Origin: Promethearchaeia archaeon
Lineage (GTDB): Archaea > Asgardarchaeota > Lokiarchaeia > Sigyniarchaeales > SOKP01
Length of the DNA stretch: 64,000 nt
Direction: 5' to 3'
Assembly (NCBI GenBank): GCA_029856155.1
Contig: JAHQWL010000085.1
Span: 1-64,000 of the forward strand
Shown: one piece after another, positions 40,860 through 50,085 of the stretch
Position numbering within the stretch: position 1 is the stretch's first letter
How the letters are laid out: each line of letters starts with the position of its first letter
Made by a program: the position numbers and the translations under genes
The notes under the pieces: model-generated
Seen by the model: the letters and a program-made list of their open reading frames with translations, nothing else
The model's database searches: none
What the model was told of the DNA's origin: nothing

Positions 40860-41483
40860 TTAATTTACTCTTTCTCTCAATTTCGGTAAAAACATCGGCA
40901 CTTTATTTTTATAATCCTCATATTCTTTACCAAATTCTTTAATTAACTCCTTTTCTTCCTTCCAAGATATCAGAAAATTTAATAAAATTATAATTGGGGA
41001 TGTCAATAAAGATAAGAATGCTGATAAAAGAATAGTGATTCCTATATGTGCTAATATTCCCCCAAGGTATTGTGGATGACGTATTACAGAGTATAACCCG
41101 GAAGATATAACTTTTTCTGCTCTATGAGTTTCTGCTACTTTTAAAGTTGTTTCTCTTACACTTCCAATTCCAAACCAAGCACCTATTATAATGAAAGGTA
41201 TAGAAATTAAAAGATGTGTTAATGGAATTGATAAATTAATAAGTGGAATTTTGAGAACAAGATTTTCTATAATTGGTATGATAAAACGCTGTTGAGGGGA
41301 GAGCCACACTCCAAACCAAAATAAAAAAAAGCCCCATCCAGAAACTAGGCCCAGGATATCACCAATTTTTGTTCCTTTTTCTTTTCCAAATTTTTCTTGA
41401 AGCTTTAAGTGTTCAACGGATAAAAAATGAAGATCTACCATAAAACACATACCTACAATTGAGATAATAAACCAGATAAACAT
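40860..41483 (-). CDS. ICMT/PEMT-family membrane methyltransferase (copy 5)
   Basis: GLYSVIRHPQY, EEKELIKEFGKEYEDYKNKVP. Confidence 0.88.
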   Translation of the reverse strand: MFIWFIISIVGMCFMVDLHFLSVEHLKLQEKFGKEKGTKIGDILGLVSGWGFFLFWFGVWLSPQQRFIIPIIENLVLKIPLINLSIPLTHLLISIPFIIIGAWFGIGSVRETTLKVAETHRAEKVISSGLYSVIRHPQYLGGILAHIGITILLSAFLSLLTSPIIILLNFLISWKEEKELIKEFGKEYEDYKNKVPMFLPKLRERVN

Positions 41484-41653
41484 TTTTTCAATCGAATCCT
41501 ATTAAATGTAATAAGTCTTATTCATTCTAATACTAAAAAGATATGAAGCATTTTTTAGATAAATTTTAGGTTAAACTTATATCAACAGAATTCTTAAAAA
41601 ACTTAATTGGTACAATTTAAACCAAATATCACAACTTTAATCAGGTTGTATCA

Positions 41654-41908
41654 ATGGGAAAAGGAACTGTAAAGTGGTTTAACAAAAAAAAAGGGTATGG
41701 ATTCATAACCCCAGATGATGGATCTCCTGATATATTTGTTCATTATTCTGCCATAAAAGGTGGAACTGATGAATTTAAGATAATCTATGAAGGGGATATA
41801 GTAGAATATGAGACTACGGAGGGTCAAAAGGGCCCACAAGCTAGCAACGTCACAATAATTGAAAAAGGACCTCGAACGAGTTCTCATGGCCGAAAGTCTT
41901 TCTATTAA
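41654..41908 (+). CDS. csp: Cold-shock domain protein
   Basis: GTVKWFN, RNP1 KGYGFI, RNP2 [17 protein letters not shown]. Confidence 0.95.
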   Translation: MGKGTVKWFNKKKGYGFITPDDGSPDIFVHYSAIKGGTDEFKIIYEGDIVEYETTEGQKGPQASNVTIIEKGPRTSSHGRKSFY

Positions 41909-42150
41909 TAAGTAAATTATTGATTACAAAAAAGAATAAAAGGTTTAAATTTAAGGAATTTTGGAAGATATAAAATACATATAAATGAGTTTTTCGACTT
42001 CTTTTTAGATTTATTTTGCATCTTTTACAGATTCCCTTTTTTTTATTTTAAAACAAGGTTTATATTTTCAAGTAAAATTACTTTTGAATGTCAGCTTTGG
42101 GAGCCTAAATCTAGGGATAAAGGAAAGAAAAATTTTCATTTGTGTCCCAA

Positions 42151-43668
42151 TTATATTGTATACTTCTCATTTTCTTTTAAAAGAACTACATTATCAAAAT
42201 TTTCACTAAACCATGCTGGATTATCGGTGTGGACTGGAATTATGACCTCAGGATCGATAGTTTCGATAGTATTGATTAAATCGGATTTTGAAGCATGTCC
42301 AGAAGCATGATACCCCTCACTAAATTTTGGTTTTAATCTATTACCTTCTTTAGTAACTTCAAATCCATGAATATCAAATCCTAGGTATTTTAACCAATGA
42401 TTTAATCTCACAAAATCAAATTCTGATTCCTCTTCAAAAGCTTCACTTGAAGAATATATATAGGTTCCTTGGTTAGGTTTAATGTCTAATAAGTTTTTCA
42501 TGTCAAAGAAAGAAAAACATAGTAAATAATTTTCTTGATTTTTTGATATTTTTGTAGGATCTACATAGTCCAGATCTCTCTTTTCATTGAGATATTTTTC
42601 CCAGTTGGGTTGGGTTATTTTTAATTCTCCATAAATTAAAAGATCCCTTAATCTATCTACACCCTCAGCCTTTTCAATAGCATTAAGTAAAAATGCATCT
42701 TTAGAGGTAATAATTAGTTTTCTTCCAATATTTGAAGCAATTTTCTTGAATATATCTAGTCTTTCAAAATTTCGGGCTGAAAAATCAGCTATGATTAATC
42801 CCGATGCATTTTCAGCTGTCTTTAGACAATTTTCATAGACTAGTTCTTCTGATTCAATCCTTTCTTCACTTTTAGCTCTCGTTCCTTCAATTATCAGTAC
42901 AGAAGCATTCTTAGCTTTATTGATGAATTCTTTGCTTTTCCATCCTCTTTTCCCATGTAAACGAAAATCTCCAGTATAGGCGATAGTGTTTTCTCCAGAA
43001 AGAAGGTAAGCTGTGGCTCCAAGGATGGAATGATCGACTTCAAAAGCTTTCACTTCAATATCGAGTGTAAAATCATTTATATGAGATATTGTCCCCACCT
43101 CAAATTTTTTTCTTTGTTTAACGGTTGATGTTAAATATTTACGTAGTGAATCTGGAAAGCTATCAGTACATATCAGATTTCGTCCAATATCTGTATAACT
43201 ATCCGCTTTAAAGACTCTATTATCTTCCATAGCGATTCTAGGAGAAAAATAGGCTGCATCAGATCCTAGAGCTGCAGTAGAGCAATCTATAATCCCTTTA
43301 ATTAATGCTAGGGTAATTGGGGATGCAACTATGGGAAAATCAGGTTTAAGTAAACCAATGTTGCCAAAATGGTCTAAATGAGCATGACTGAGTAATACTG
43401 CATTTATATTCAAATTAGGAAATGATGATATATCATAATCTGAAGGAATTATATCTTTTCTATATATATTGAGTTTAGGGATCAAATTCAATTGAAAAAG
43501 ATCGTAGATACCCCTTGACCGTCTCCAATTGAGAAATTCTTGGAAGAATTTTCCGTGTTTCTTGAAATTTAATCCAAAATCGAGAAAAATTCCTTTACCA
43601 TTTTCCTCTATATATATTTTGTTTCCTCCTATTGTGTCACTTCCATCAAATATTTGTATAGAAGTCAT
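42151..43668 (-). CDS. MBL/beta-CASP-type hydrolase (RNase J-like)
   Basis: IGGNKI, LDFG, SHAHLDH, VDHS, YTGDFR, HASGH, IPVH. Confidence 0.85.
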   Translation of the reverse strand: MTSIQIFDGSDTIGGNKIYIEENGKGIFLDFGLNFKKHGKFFQEFLNWRRSRGIYDLFQLNLIPKLNIYRKDIIPSDYDISSFPNLNINAVLLSHAHLDHFGNIGLLKPDFPIVASPITLALIKGIIDCSTAALGSDAAYFSPRIAMEDNRVFKADSYTDIGRNLICTDSFPDSLRKYLTSTVKQRKKFEVGTISHINDFTLDIEVKAFEVDHSILGATAYLLSGENTIAYTGDFRLHGKRGWKSKEFINKAKNASVLIIEGTRAKSEERIESEELVYENCLKTAENASGLIIADFSARNFERLDIFKKIASNIGRKLIITSKDAFLLNAIEKAEGVDRLRDLLIYGELKITQPNWEKYLNEKRDLDYVDPTKISKNQENYLLCFSFFDMKNLLDIKPNQGTYIYSSSEAFEEESEFDFVRLNHWLKYLGFDIHGFEVTKEGNRLKPKFSEGYHASGHASKSDLINTIETIDPEVIIPVHTDNPAWFSENFDNVVLLKENEKYTI

Positions 43669-43899
43669 CTTTTCTGTAAATTAACTTTTTAAGATTTTAT
43701 TTTCTTTTTGTTTAATTTATTACTGTTAAAATCCTTTTTAATTAATTACTTTTTTAAGAAAATTTTAAAAGAGAATGATATAGGGTTGTCTCTAAAAAGT
43801 ACAATTATTAACTTTTTTCTAATTTATGGATAATATCTTATAAGCTTCCTTTAAATTAAAAAACAATACTTTAAATAAGAAATATCAATAGGAGAAAAC

Positions 43900-45135
43900 A
43901 TGCATCAAAATTGCCAAACACAAGCTACGAGCTTTTCAAAATCAATTGAATTTATTATATTTTTACTATTTCTGTTAGGCCCTTTAACTGGGAACATAAT
44001 TAACGTCTTATTTGGTGTTCTTTCTGCTGATTTCAATGTTACCACTGATCATATATTAATTGCAATTCCAGCGTTTATGTTCCCATTTGCTATAACACAA
44101 CTTTTTTCTGGTGCAATTTCCGATATAAAAGGTAGAATCCCCGTATTAATTTTAGGTCTGATATTATTTTTAATAGCAATGGTAATAGCTGTATCATCAT
44201 TTAGTTTGGGGATGTATGTAATTGCTAATTTAATAGGAGGGGTAGGATTTGGCTTTATAAATCCTATTCTTATAGCTTTAATGACGGATATTACACCTCC
44301 ACCACTTATTCCTAAGAAAATGGGATATCTGAGTGCAAGCGCGAATTTAGGAGTTGGTATAGGACCATTAATTGCATCTCAAATGATATTAATTAGTTGG
44401 CAGTCGATCTATGTGTTATTTATAGTAATTACTTCTTTTTGCTTAGTGTATTTCATCTTTACTAAAAAACCACCAAAAATTGTCAAAGAAGAATCAGGGA
44501 TTCGTATCTTCTTATCTCAACTTTCAAAAGAATGGCGTCGATTTCCGGTGATATTAATGATATTATCTGCGTTCTTAATATCACATACATATATAGCTTT
44601 AAATATTTGGATTTCGAAGACACTAACGCAAGCTCATGTTGTAAATGAAACAATAATCGGTATAATTCTGGGCATTGCAGGTATTGGCGCAGCTATAACT
44701 GGAATTTTAACCGGATTTTTGATAAAAAGAAGAGATGCAAAAATTCCTTTATTTGCAGGCTCATTAATATTAGTTTGTTCTTTAGCGATCTTATTAGTTA
44801 GTGGAGATGTGACCATTCATAAAAGTTTTATATTTTTATCGTTAGGTTGGATTCTAGCAAGTTTATCAGGTGGAATACTTTTCACTTCAATTACGTATTA
44901 TAGTCAAGTTTTATCGCTTGAAAGACGTGGTGCTTTAGCAGGATCATTGACAGCAGCGTATTTTACAGGGATTGCTTTAGTTCCGACAACACTTGCACCA
45001 GTCTCAAATGTTTTTAGTATTACTGGAGTCTATTTTGCTATACTATTTGTATCAATAATTTTTATAATAGTCATAATGCTTTTATATATTTTTACAAAAC
45101 ATATAGTTAAACATATAGAGAAAACTCCAGATTGA
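43900..45135 (+). CDS. MFS transporter (drug/H+ antiporter-like)
   Basis: Motif A GAISDIKGR; GPLI; 12 TMs. Confidence 0.88.
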   Translation: MHQNCQTQATSFSKSIEFIIFLLFLLGPLTGNIINVLFGVLSADFNVTTDHILIAIPAFMFPFAITQLFSGAISDIKGRIPVLILGLILFLIAMVIAVSSFSLGMYVIANLIGGVGFGFINPILIALMTDITPPPLIPKKMGYLSASANLGVGIGPLIASQMILISWQSIYVLFIVITSFCLVYFIFTKKPPKIVKEESGIRIFLSQLSKEWRRFPVILMILSAFLISHTYIALNIWISKTLTQAHVVNETIIGIILGIAGIGAAITGILTGFLIKRRDAKIPLFAGSLILVCSLAILLVSGDVTIHKSFIFLSLGWILASLSGGILFTSITYYSQVLSLERRGALAGSLTAAYFTGIALVPTTLAPVSNVFSITGVYFAILFVSIIFIIVIMLLYIFTKHIVKHIEKTPD

Positions 45136-45202
45136 TTTTTAAGCAGCAATTATTTATTTACTTAAAAAAAATAAGATAAAATATGATAAATTTTGGTAAT
45201 AT

Positions 45203-45538
45203 TTAGGATTTAATCATTACTAACATCATCTTAAATTTTTCCAGAGCTCTCAGGGCATGTGGTTCATTAGCAGGCATAATAATCATCTGACCCTTTTTCA
45301 ATACAAATTTCTTACTTGAGATTGTTATTTCAGCTTCTCCATTGAAAACGTAAACGAGGGCATCAAATGGTGCAGTATGTTCACTTAAACCTTCATCCTT
45401 ATCGAAAGAAAACAAAGTTACTGTTCCAACATCCTTATTAATTATTGCTCTACTAACAACAGATCCTTCTTGAAAATCGAGCATAGAATCCAAATTTAAT
45501 ATTACTTTTTTAATATCTTTATCACTCATATTTCTCAT
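45203..45538 (-). CDS. Cupin domain protein
   Basis: LSEHTAPFDA, GEAEI, MPANEPHAL; ATG at 45538 or 45529. Confidence 0.88.
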   Translation of the reverse strand: MRNMSDKDIKKVILNLDSMLDFQEGSVVSRAIINKDVGTVTLFSFDKDEGLSEHTAPFDALVYVFNGEAEITISSKKFVLKKGQMIIMPANEPHALRALEKFKMMLVMIKS

Positions 45539-45683
45539 TTTGATTTTTAAATTTGTTTTATATAATTGGTAAAGAAAAATCAAATTTAAACCTAAAACCG
45601 AACATGTTTATTTTAATAATTCTCAATTATTCCCTAAGACTATAAATGAAATACTAAGCTCTAAAAATAATTAGGGTACAGTT

Positions 45684-46181
45684 TTACATTTCTAATGGTA
45701 CACGCCATTCTACTCCACATTCCCCACAATGATATTTTTTTCCATACATACGTGGATAATCTGATATTAGATGAGTCTTATCGATAGTTTCTCTGATAAG
45801 CGTTTTATTGTGATTCCCACATTTGGGACATTCTCTTCTCGAATCACCTTGGAGAATTTGCCCTTTACCCATTTCAAGAGGAGCTACATCTTTAGAAAAA
45901 ATTGAATCTGAAACGATTATTTCTTTTTTTTGTTCAATGGGTTTAATTTCTTCTTGTTTAATTATATCTTCAACTAATATCACGGGCTCATTTGTTTCTG
46001 TTTCAATTATAGGTTTTAATATTTCTTTAATTGGTTCTTTCGGTACTGTATATGGGCGTTCTCTATTTTCTAATTCAGCAATTCTCTTTTTAAGAATTTC
46101 ATTCTCTTTCATTAATTCTTCAATGAGGTCTTTATATTCTTGGAGAGTAAAGTCTTTTTTTTCTGTCATTTCTTTGCTCAA
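45684..46181 (-). CDS. Coiled-coil protein with C-terminal Zn ribbon
   Basis: N-terminal heptads; CPKC...CGEC. Confidence 0.75.
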   Translation of the reverse strand: MSKEMTEKKDFTLQEYKDLIEELMKENEILKKRIAELENRERPYTVPKEPIKEILKPIIETETNEPVILVEDIIKQEEIKPIEQKKEIIVSDSIFSKDVAPLEMGKGQILQGDSRRECPKCGNHNKTLIRETIDKTHLISDYPRMYGKKYHCGECGVEWRVPLEM

Positions 46182-46344
46182 TTTTTAAAATTCTATTTTG
46201 ACTAAAAAAAGTAATATTATAAGAACATAATAGAGGTTGTATTATTAAACTTAAGGAAATCAATAACTTTAGACAGAAAGAAGATTTTTAAATTCTTGAT
46301 CTATTTATTCTTATATTGTTAGATTATAGTTAAGAGAGAGTATA

Positions 46345-47181
46345 ATGCAACTATTTAATATTAGTGATGAGGGAGAATTAATCAAGATAGATAGGTTATC
46401 TTTTGAGGAAAATGATGTTTATCTTGTTGATGACGAGGAAAAAAACACTATTTATATTTGGGTAGGTTTAAAAGTACTTCAAGCAAAAAAAGACATAATA
46501 GCGGACATTGCTAGAAAGATTGATAAAGAACGCGGTGGATCAGCAAAAATCTTGATAATGAAACAAAAAAGAGAATATGGTTCCTTTTTAGCTATGATGC
46601 ATGATCTTGAAAAAGGGCTAATCCCGGGAAAAACTATTGAAAGGAGACCAGAATTTGTACTAAAAACACCTCCTGAAAGGATAAAATCAGTTAATCTTGA
46701 AGAACCTCCTGAAGAAAGAGAATTAAGCATTGAAACAAAATTAATCGAATGGTTTCAACAACTTAAGAATCATAGAAGCTATGAACCACAAGAAAAGCTA
46801 AAGGAAACCACAGAAACTGTTACATTCGTTAAGTTTGAACAAGCACCCATGGAAGTTAAAGCTACTGAAGAGTTAGAAAGAATAGTTGAAGAGAAAAAAG
46901 AAGAACCTGAAGAACCAGATCTTAAGACACAAATAAAGGAAGCAGCATATTATCTGTCTTTAGATGAATATACTTACGATCAACTATGCTGGATTTTAGC
47001 TGAAAAAATCCAGAAAGTAAACCTAGATATGCCCTCTATAGAAGATATTAGGAGAAAAGCGGAGGAAGTCTTCAATTCAAGCTGTACATACGATGAACTC
47101 TGTTGGTTAAATGCTGAAATGGATATCTTAACTAGAAGAAGCTTTCTTGAACAGAAAAAGAGAAAGATGTTTGATTATTAA
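46345..47181 (+). CDS. Single gelsolin-domain protein with duplicated C-terminal YDxLCW helical domain (Asgard 1DGelX-like)
   Basis: DVYLVD...IYIWVG...Q.RE...F; YDQLCWILAE and YDELCWLNAE. Confidence 0.8.
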   Translation: MQLFNISDEGELIKIDRLSFEENDVYLVDDEEKNTIYIWVGLKVLQAKKDIIADIARKIDKERGGSAKILIMKQKREYGSFLAMMHDLEKGLIPGKTIERRPEFVLKTPPERIKSVNLEEPPEERELSIETKLIEWFQQLKNHRSYEPQEKLKETTETVTFVKFEQAPMEVKATEELERIVEEKKEEPEEPDLKTQIKEAAYYLSLDEYTYDQLCWILAEKIQKVNLDMPSIEDIRRKAEEVFNSSCTYDELCWLNAEMDILTRRSFLEQKKRKMFDY

Positions 47182-47220
47182 ACATCAAATTAAAACTAAA
47201 ATTTAGGAAGCCTTAATCTC

Positions 47221-47526
47221 CTATCCACAACAACTATTATTTTGTGGGTTTTTTGCTACTGCACGAGCATTCCATAAACATCCACAACCTTTTCGTTCTT
47301 GTAATATAATTGCCATTGTTGGACAATTTCTTTTACAAGCAGAACATTCTGTACAGCGTTCTGGTTCATACATCTCATACTTTCCTTCGTTATTAGGATT
47401 TGGTATTCCAAACGGGCATACTTCCCCACAAATTCCACACCCTGTGCACAAATCAGGATTTATCGAGATTTTTGGAATAACAATAGGTATCTTGATTGAA
47501 GCTGCTTTTATCGTTATCTTTATCAC
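47221..47526 (-). CDS. 2x[4Fe-4S] ferredoxin, HgcB-like
   Basis: CTGCGICGEVCP, CTECSACKRNCP, extra GCGC and terminal SCCG. Confidence 0.85.
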   Translation of the reverse strand: MIKITIKAASIKIPIVIPKISINPDLCTGCGICGEVCPFGIPNPNNEGKYEMYEPERCTECSACKRNCPTMAIILQERKGCGCLWNARAVAKNPQNNSCCG

Positions 47527-47574
47527 CTAATTTTTCTCTAATTATATTATTTTTTTTATTTTATTTATTCTATT

Positions 47575-49248
47575 TTATTTTAAAATATTAAAAAAAATGA
47601 ACCCAATAATTTTAGTAACAAGACCAATTATCAATAAAATCATATTAATTTTACTGAAAATGGGATATTCATCTTGAATTTCTCTAGGGCTTGTTGCCAT
47701 AGTATATCCACTAAACGATATTGTCGAAAAGAAAGCTAACCAAAAGTAAAAAATACTACTCAGAAGAATGGATAACAGTGAATAATGAAAAAGCCAAGAA
47801 AATCCACCAAACAATAAAACATTAATAACTCCAAAAATAACTCCTTTATTGACAAATTTGCGCGTAAATTTTGTAATGGGAAAAAATATCGCGATAAGTG
47901 CATTTGCTATAATTATCCAAAGCCAAATTTCGCCCACAATCAATAATTGTGATATCCATACAGTATTAATGAAACTTAGTCCTATAAATAACAAAATTAA
48001 GGCAATACTAGGCCACAGAAATATCTTTCGAAGTAAAAATGTTGTATGTGTAATTTCTGCTCGAAAACGATGCGATATTGTAAATTTTGCTAATTTCATT
48101 TTATCTGGTTTTCGAGCGGGACGTTCTTCTAAGAATTTAGGTAAATATTTAGCCCATACAGGACCATATAAAACATTAAAGGGAAAGTCAGGCGCCTCAG
48201 CTTTTATCAGTGGTGTTGCAATTCCTCCTGCTGAGAGTTGAGGTACAATTATTGTTTTTTTATTAGTAATTTGTGCAATCCCTGTAGCTTTAACAGCTTC
48301 AATTAATTGTTTATTTCCAAAATCGTTTCCACGTGCTGCGCACCATACATTTATACCCCTAGAATCAACACATAATACCCAAGCATCTAATCCTTTTAGA
48401 GCACGCATCACCTTAATATATGTATAAATATAATTAGCTGTTACAATGATAGGCGAAGCTTCATTGGGATTACCAGATTGGTAAATACCTGGTTCAATTG
48501 GTATTTGATCTATTTGTCCCGTGAGTATACAACGATAAATACTCATTTGAGCCCCTAATCCTTTGTATTTTCTATTTCCGGGATGATAATACCCAGGTTT
48601 TATTAAATCCTCCTTAAATATTTTTTTTAGTTCAATGGCTTGAATAGAGCCATGCCTCCATTTCATAACTGCTGAAATTTCAAATCCTATAGGTTCCAAA
48701 TATTTAAAGAACCACTTTACTATAAATGTACTTTGTATTCTGAGTCTCCGTAATTTCTTTTTATAACGCCATCGTTTAAAATTAAACCAAAGCTTCCAGA
48801 AGCCCGACGGTACAAATTCTGCCGCTATAATCATTCGACCATTTGGTTTTAATGCTTTCCATGCATTTCTTAGAAAGATTTGCTGTTCGAAAGGTCTAAG
48901 TTCTGAAAGCATAAATGTGCTAATAATAATATCCATTGTGGCATCCTCAACTGGTAGATCATCTATAGAGCCTATCTGATATAACAACTTAAGATTTGAT
49001 TTAGAGGGGTAATTTTTCATTGCAGCAGTTATCATTCTATGGTTTTTATCTAATGCCAGCACATCATTTCCTTTTAAAGCCATTTCTGCTGCGAGAGTAC
49101 CTGTTCCGCAACCTACTTCTAGGATGTTCTCTTGTGTATTAATTCGCTCTAATATCCAATCCTTTACTTCTATATTTACTCCTTTAGTAAGAGCTGTAAA
49201 TTTTGACTCATATAAATCTGGTTCCAATTCCAACTTTCGCATATACAC
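47575..49248 (-). CDS. Fusion of class I SAM methyltransferase and HgcA-like corrinoid-binding plus transmembrane protein
   Basis: LEVGCGTG, STFMLSEL; EPGIY..GNP...SPIIVTANY, GINVWCAARG, PQL, YGPV; 4-5 C-terminal TMs. Confidence 0.88.
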   Translation of the reverse strand: MYMRKLELEPDLYESKFTALTKGVNIEVKDWILERINTQENILEVGCGTGTLAAEMALKGNDVLALDKNHRMITAAMKNYPSKSNLKLLYQIGSIDDLPVEDATMDIIISTFMLSELRPFEQQIFLRNAWKALKPNGRMIIAAEFVPSGFWKLWFNFKRWRYKKKLRRLRIQSTFIVKWFFKYLEPIGFEISAVMKWRHGSIQAIELKKIFKEDLIKPGYYHPGNRKYKGLGAQMSIYRCILTGQIDQIPIEPGIYQSGNPNEASPIIVTANYIYTYIKVMRALKGLDAWVLCVDSRGINVWCAARGNDFGNKQLIEAVKATGIAQITNKKTIIVPQLSAGGIATPLIKAEAPDFPFNVLYGPVWAKYLPKFLEERPARKPDKMKLAKFTISHRFRAEITHTTFLLRKIFLWPSIALILLFIGLSFINTVWISQLLIVGEIWLWIIIANALIAIFFPITKFTRKFVNKGVIFGVINVLLFGGFSWLFHYSLLSILLSSIFYFWLAFFSTISFSGYTMATSPREIQDEYPIFSKINMILLIIGLVTKIIGFIFFNILK

Positions 49249-49369
49249 TACAGCGATAATATTTACACCTTTTTATTACCCATTTTATTAAATTTAAACA
49301 AAAAAAGAATAAAAATTTTGATTTTATAATTTTTAAACTAGATTCAATACAAAAATCGAGATGTTCGCT

Positions 49370-49465
49370 TTAACAACATTCTTCTTTTGATTGAGCTTCT
49401 TTTTCACTTTTAGTCTCTTCAACACAACATCCTTCAGTACAACATTCTTCATTTTTTTCTATCAT
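49370..49465 (-). CDS. Unannotated 31-aa acidic Cys-pair peptide (MIEKNEECCTEGCCVEETKSEKEAQSKEECC)
   Basis: ATG to TAA with GTGGT SD-like site upstream; lies between the operator/TATA and the hgcA-like gene. Confidence 0.7.
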   Translation of the reverse strand: MIEKNEECCTEGCCVEETKSEKEAQSKEECC

Positions 49466-49505
49466 TTGTTTATACCACTTCATTAATTTATTAATTAGTT
49501 AATTG

Positions 49506-49525
49506 ATAGTTAGGATCCTAACTAT
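49506..49525. promoter_or_regulatory. Perfect 20-bp palindrome ATAGTTAGGATCCTAACTAT (putative MarR operator) abutting a minus-strand BRE/TATA (CGAAAC-TTTTATAT)
   Basis: Directly visible; related copies at 49547-49560 and 50086-50099. Confidence 0.8.
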
Positions 49526-49602
49526 ATAAAAGTTTCGTTTCGTATAATTAAGATCCTAACAAACGTTAAAAACATTCAAAATTCAAAGAGGATTTAGTAA
49601 TA

Positions 49603-50070
49603 TCATAAAGAAATAAGTGAATTCAGGAGTTTTTGGAGTAATTCTCCTAATTTTTTTATCTCTTCCTCATTAATTTCCGGACAACATCCATTTACCATTG
49701 ATTCTAATCGAGGTGTTTTGGTTTTTAAATCTTCTCCCTTTTTAGTAAGTTTAACAAGAAGGCTTCGTCTATCGCTAGGATGTGACTCACGAGAAACCAA
49801 TTCCTTCTTCTCCATAGTGTCTACTACTCCTGTAATTGTAGATCTAGAACAATTACATGTTTCTGCTAATTCTTTAAATTGTTGACCATCAGAACTCCAT
49901 AATTCTCTTAGAATTAGATGTTGAGTTGGTGTTAGTTCTAACATTTGAATATTATTTCGCTGTAATTTTTCATATTTTTTATTTAAGGTATTGATAAGTT
50001 CAAAAACTTGAACAATGTCTTCAGGTTGACAACAAATATTTGAAGATTTTTGAGAATTTTTATCATTCAT
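49603..50070 (-). CDS. MarR-family regulator with multiple Cys (CC, CxC, CC)
   Basis: LTPTQHLIL...ELA...SRSTITGVVD.ME...V.R....DRRSLLVKLT.KG. Confidence 0.92.
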   Translation of the reverse strand: MNDKNSQKSSNICCQPEDIVQVFELINTLNKKYEKLQRNNIQMLELTPTQHLILRELWSSDGQQFKELAETCNCSRSTITGVVDTMEKKELVSRESHPSDRRSLLVKLTKKGEDLKTKTPRLESMVNGCCPEINEEEIKKLGELLQKLLNSLISL

Positions 50071-50085
50071 AATTATCAAATCTTA

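Noticed and set aside
47575-49248. Plain CdhD/CdhE (Wood-Ljungdahl corrinoid protein), or a confident hgcA symbol
   Set aside because: The NVWCA Cys, TM tail and HgcB-like neighbour argue against CdhE. The non-canonical RG and the extra domain prevent asserting proven Hg methylation.
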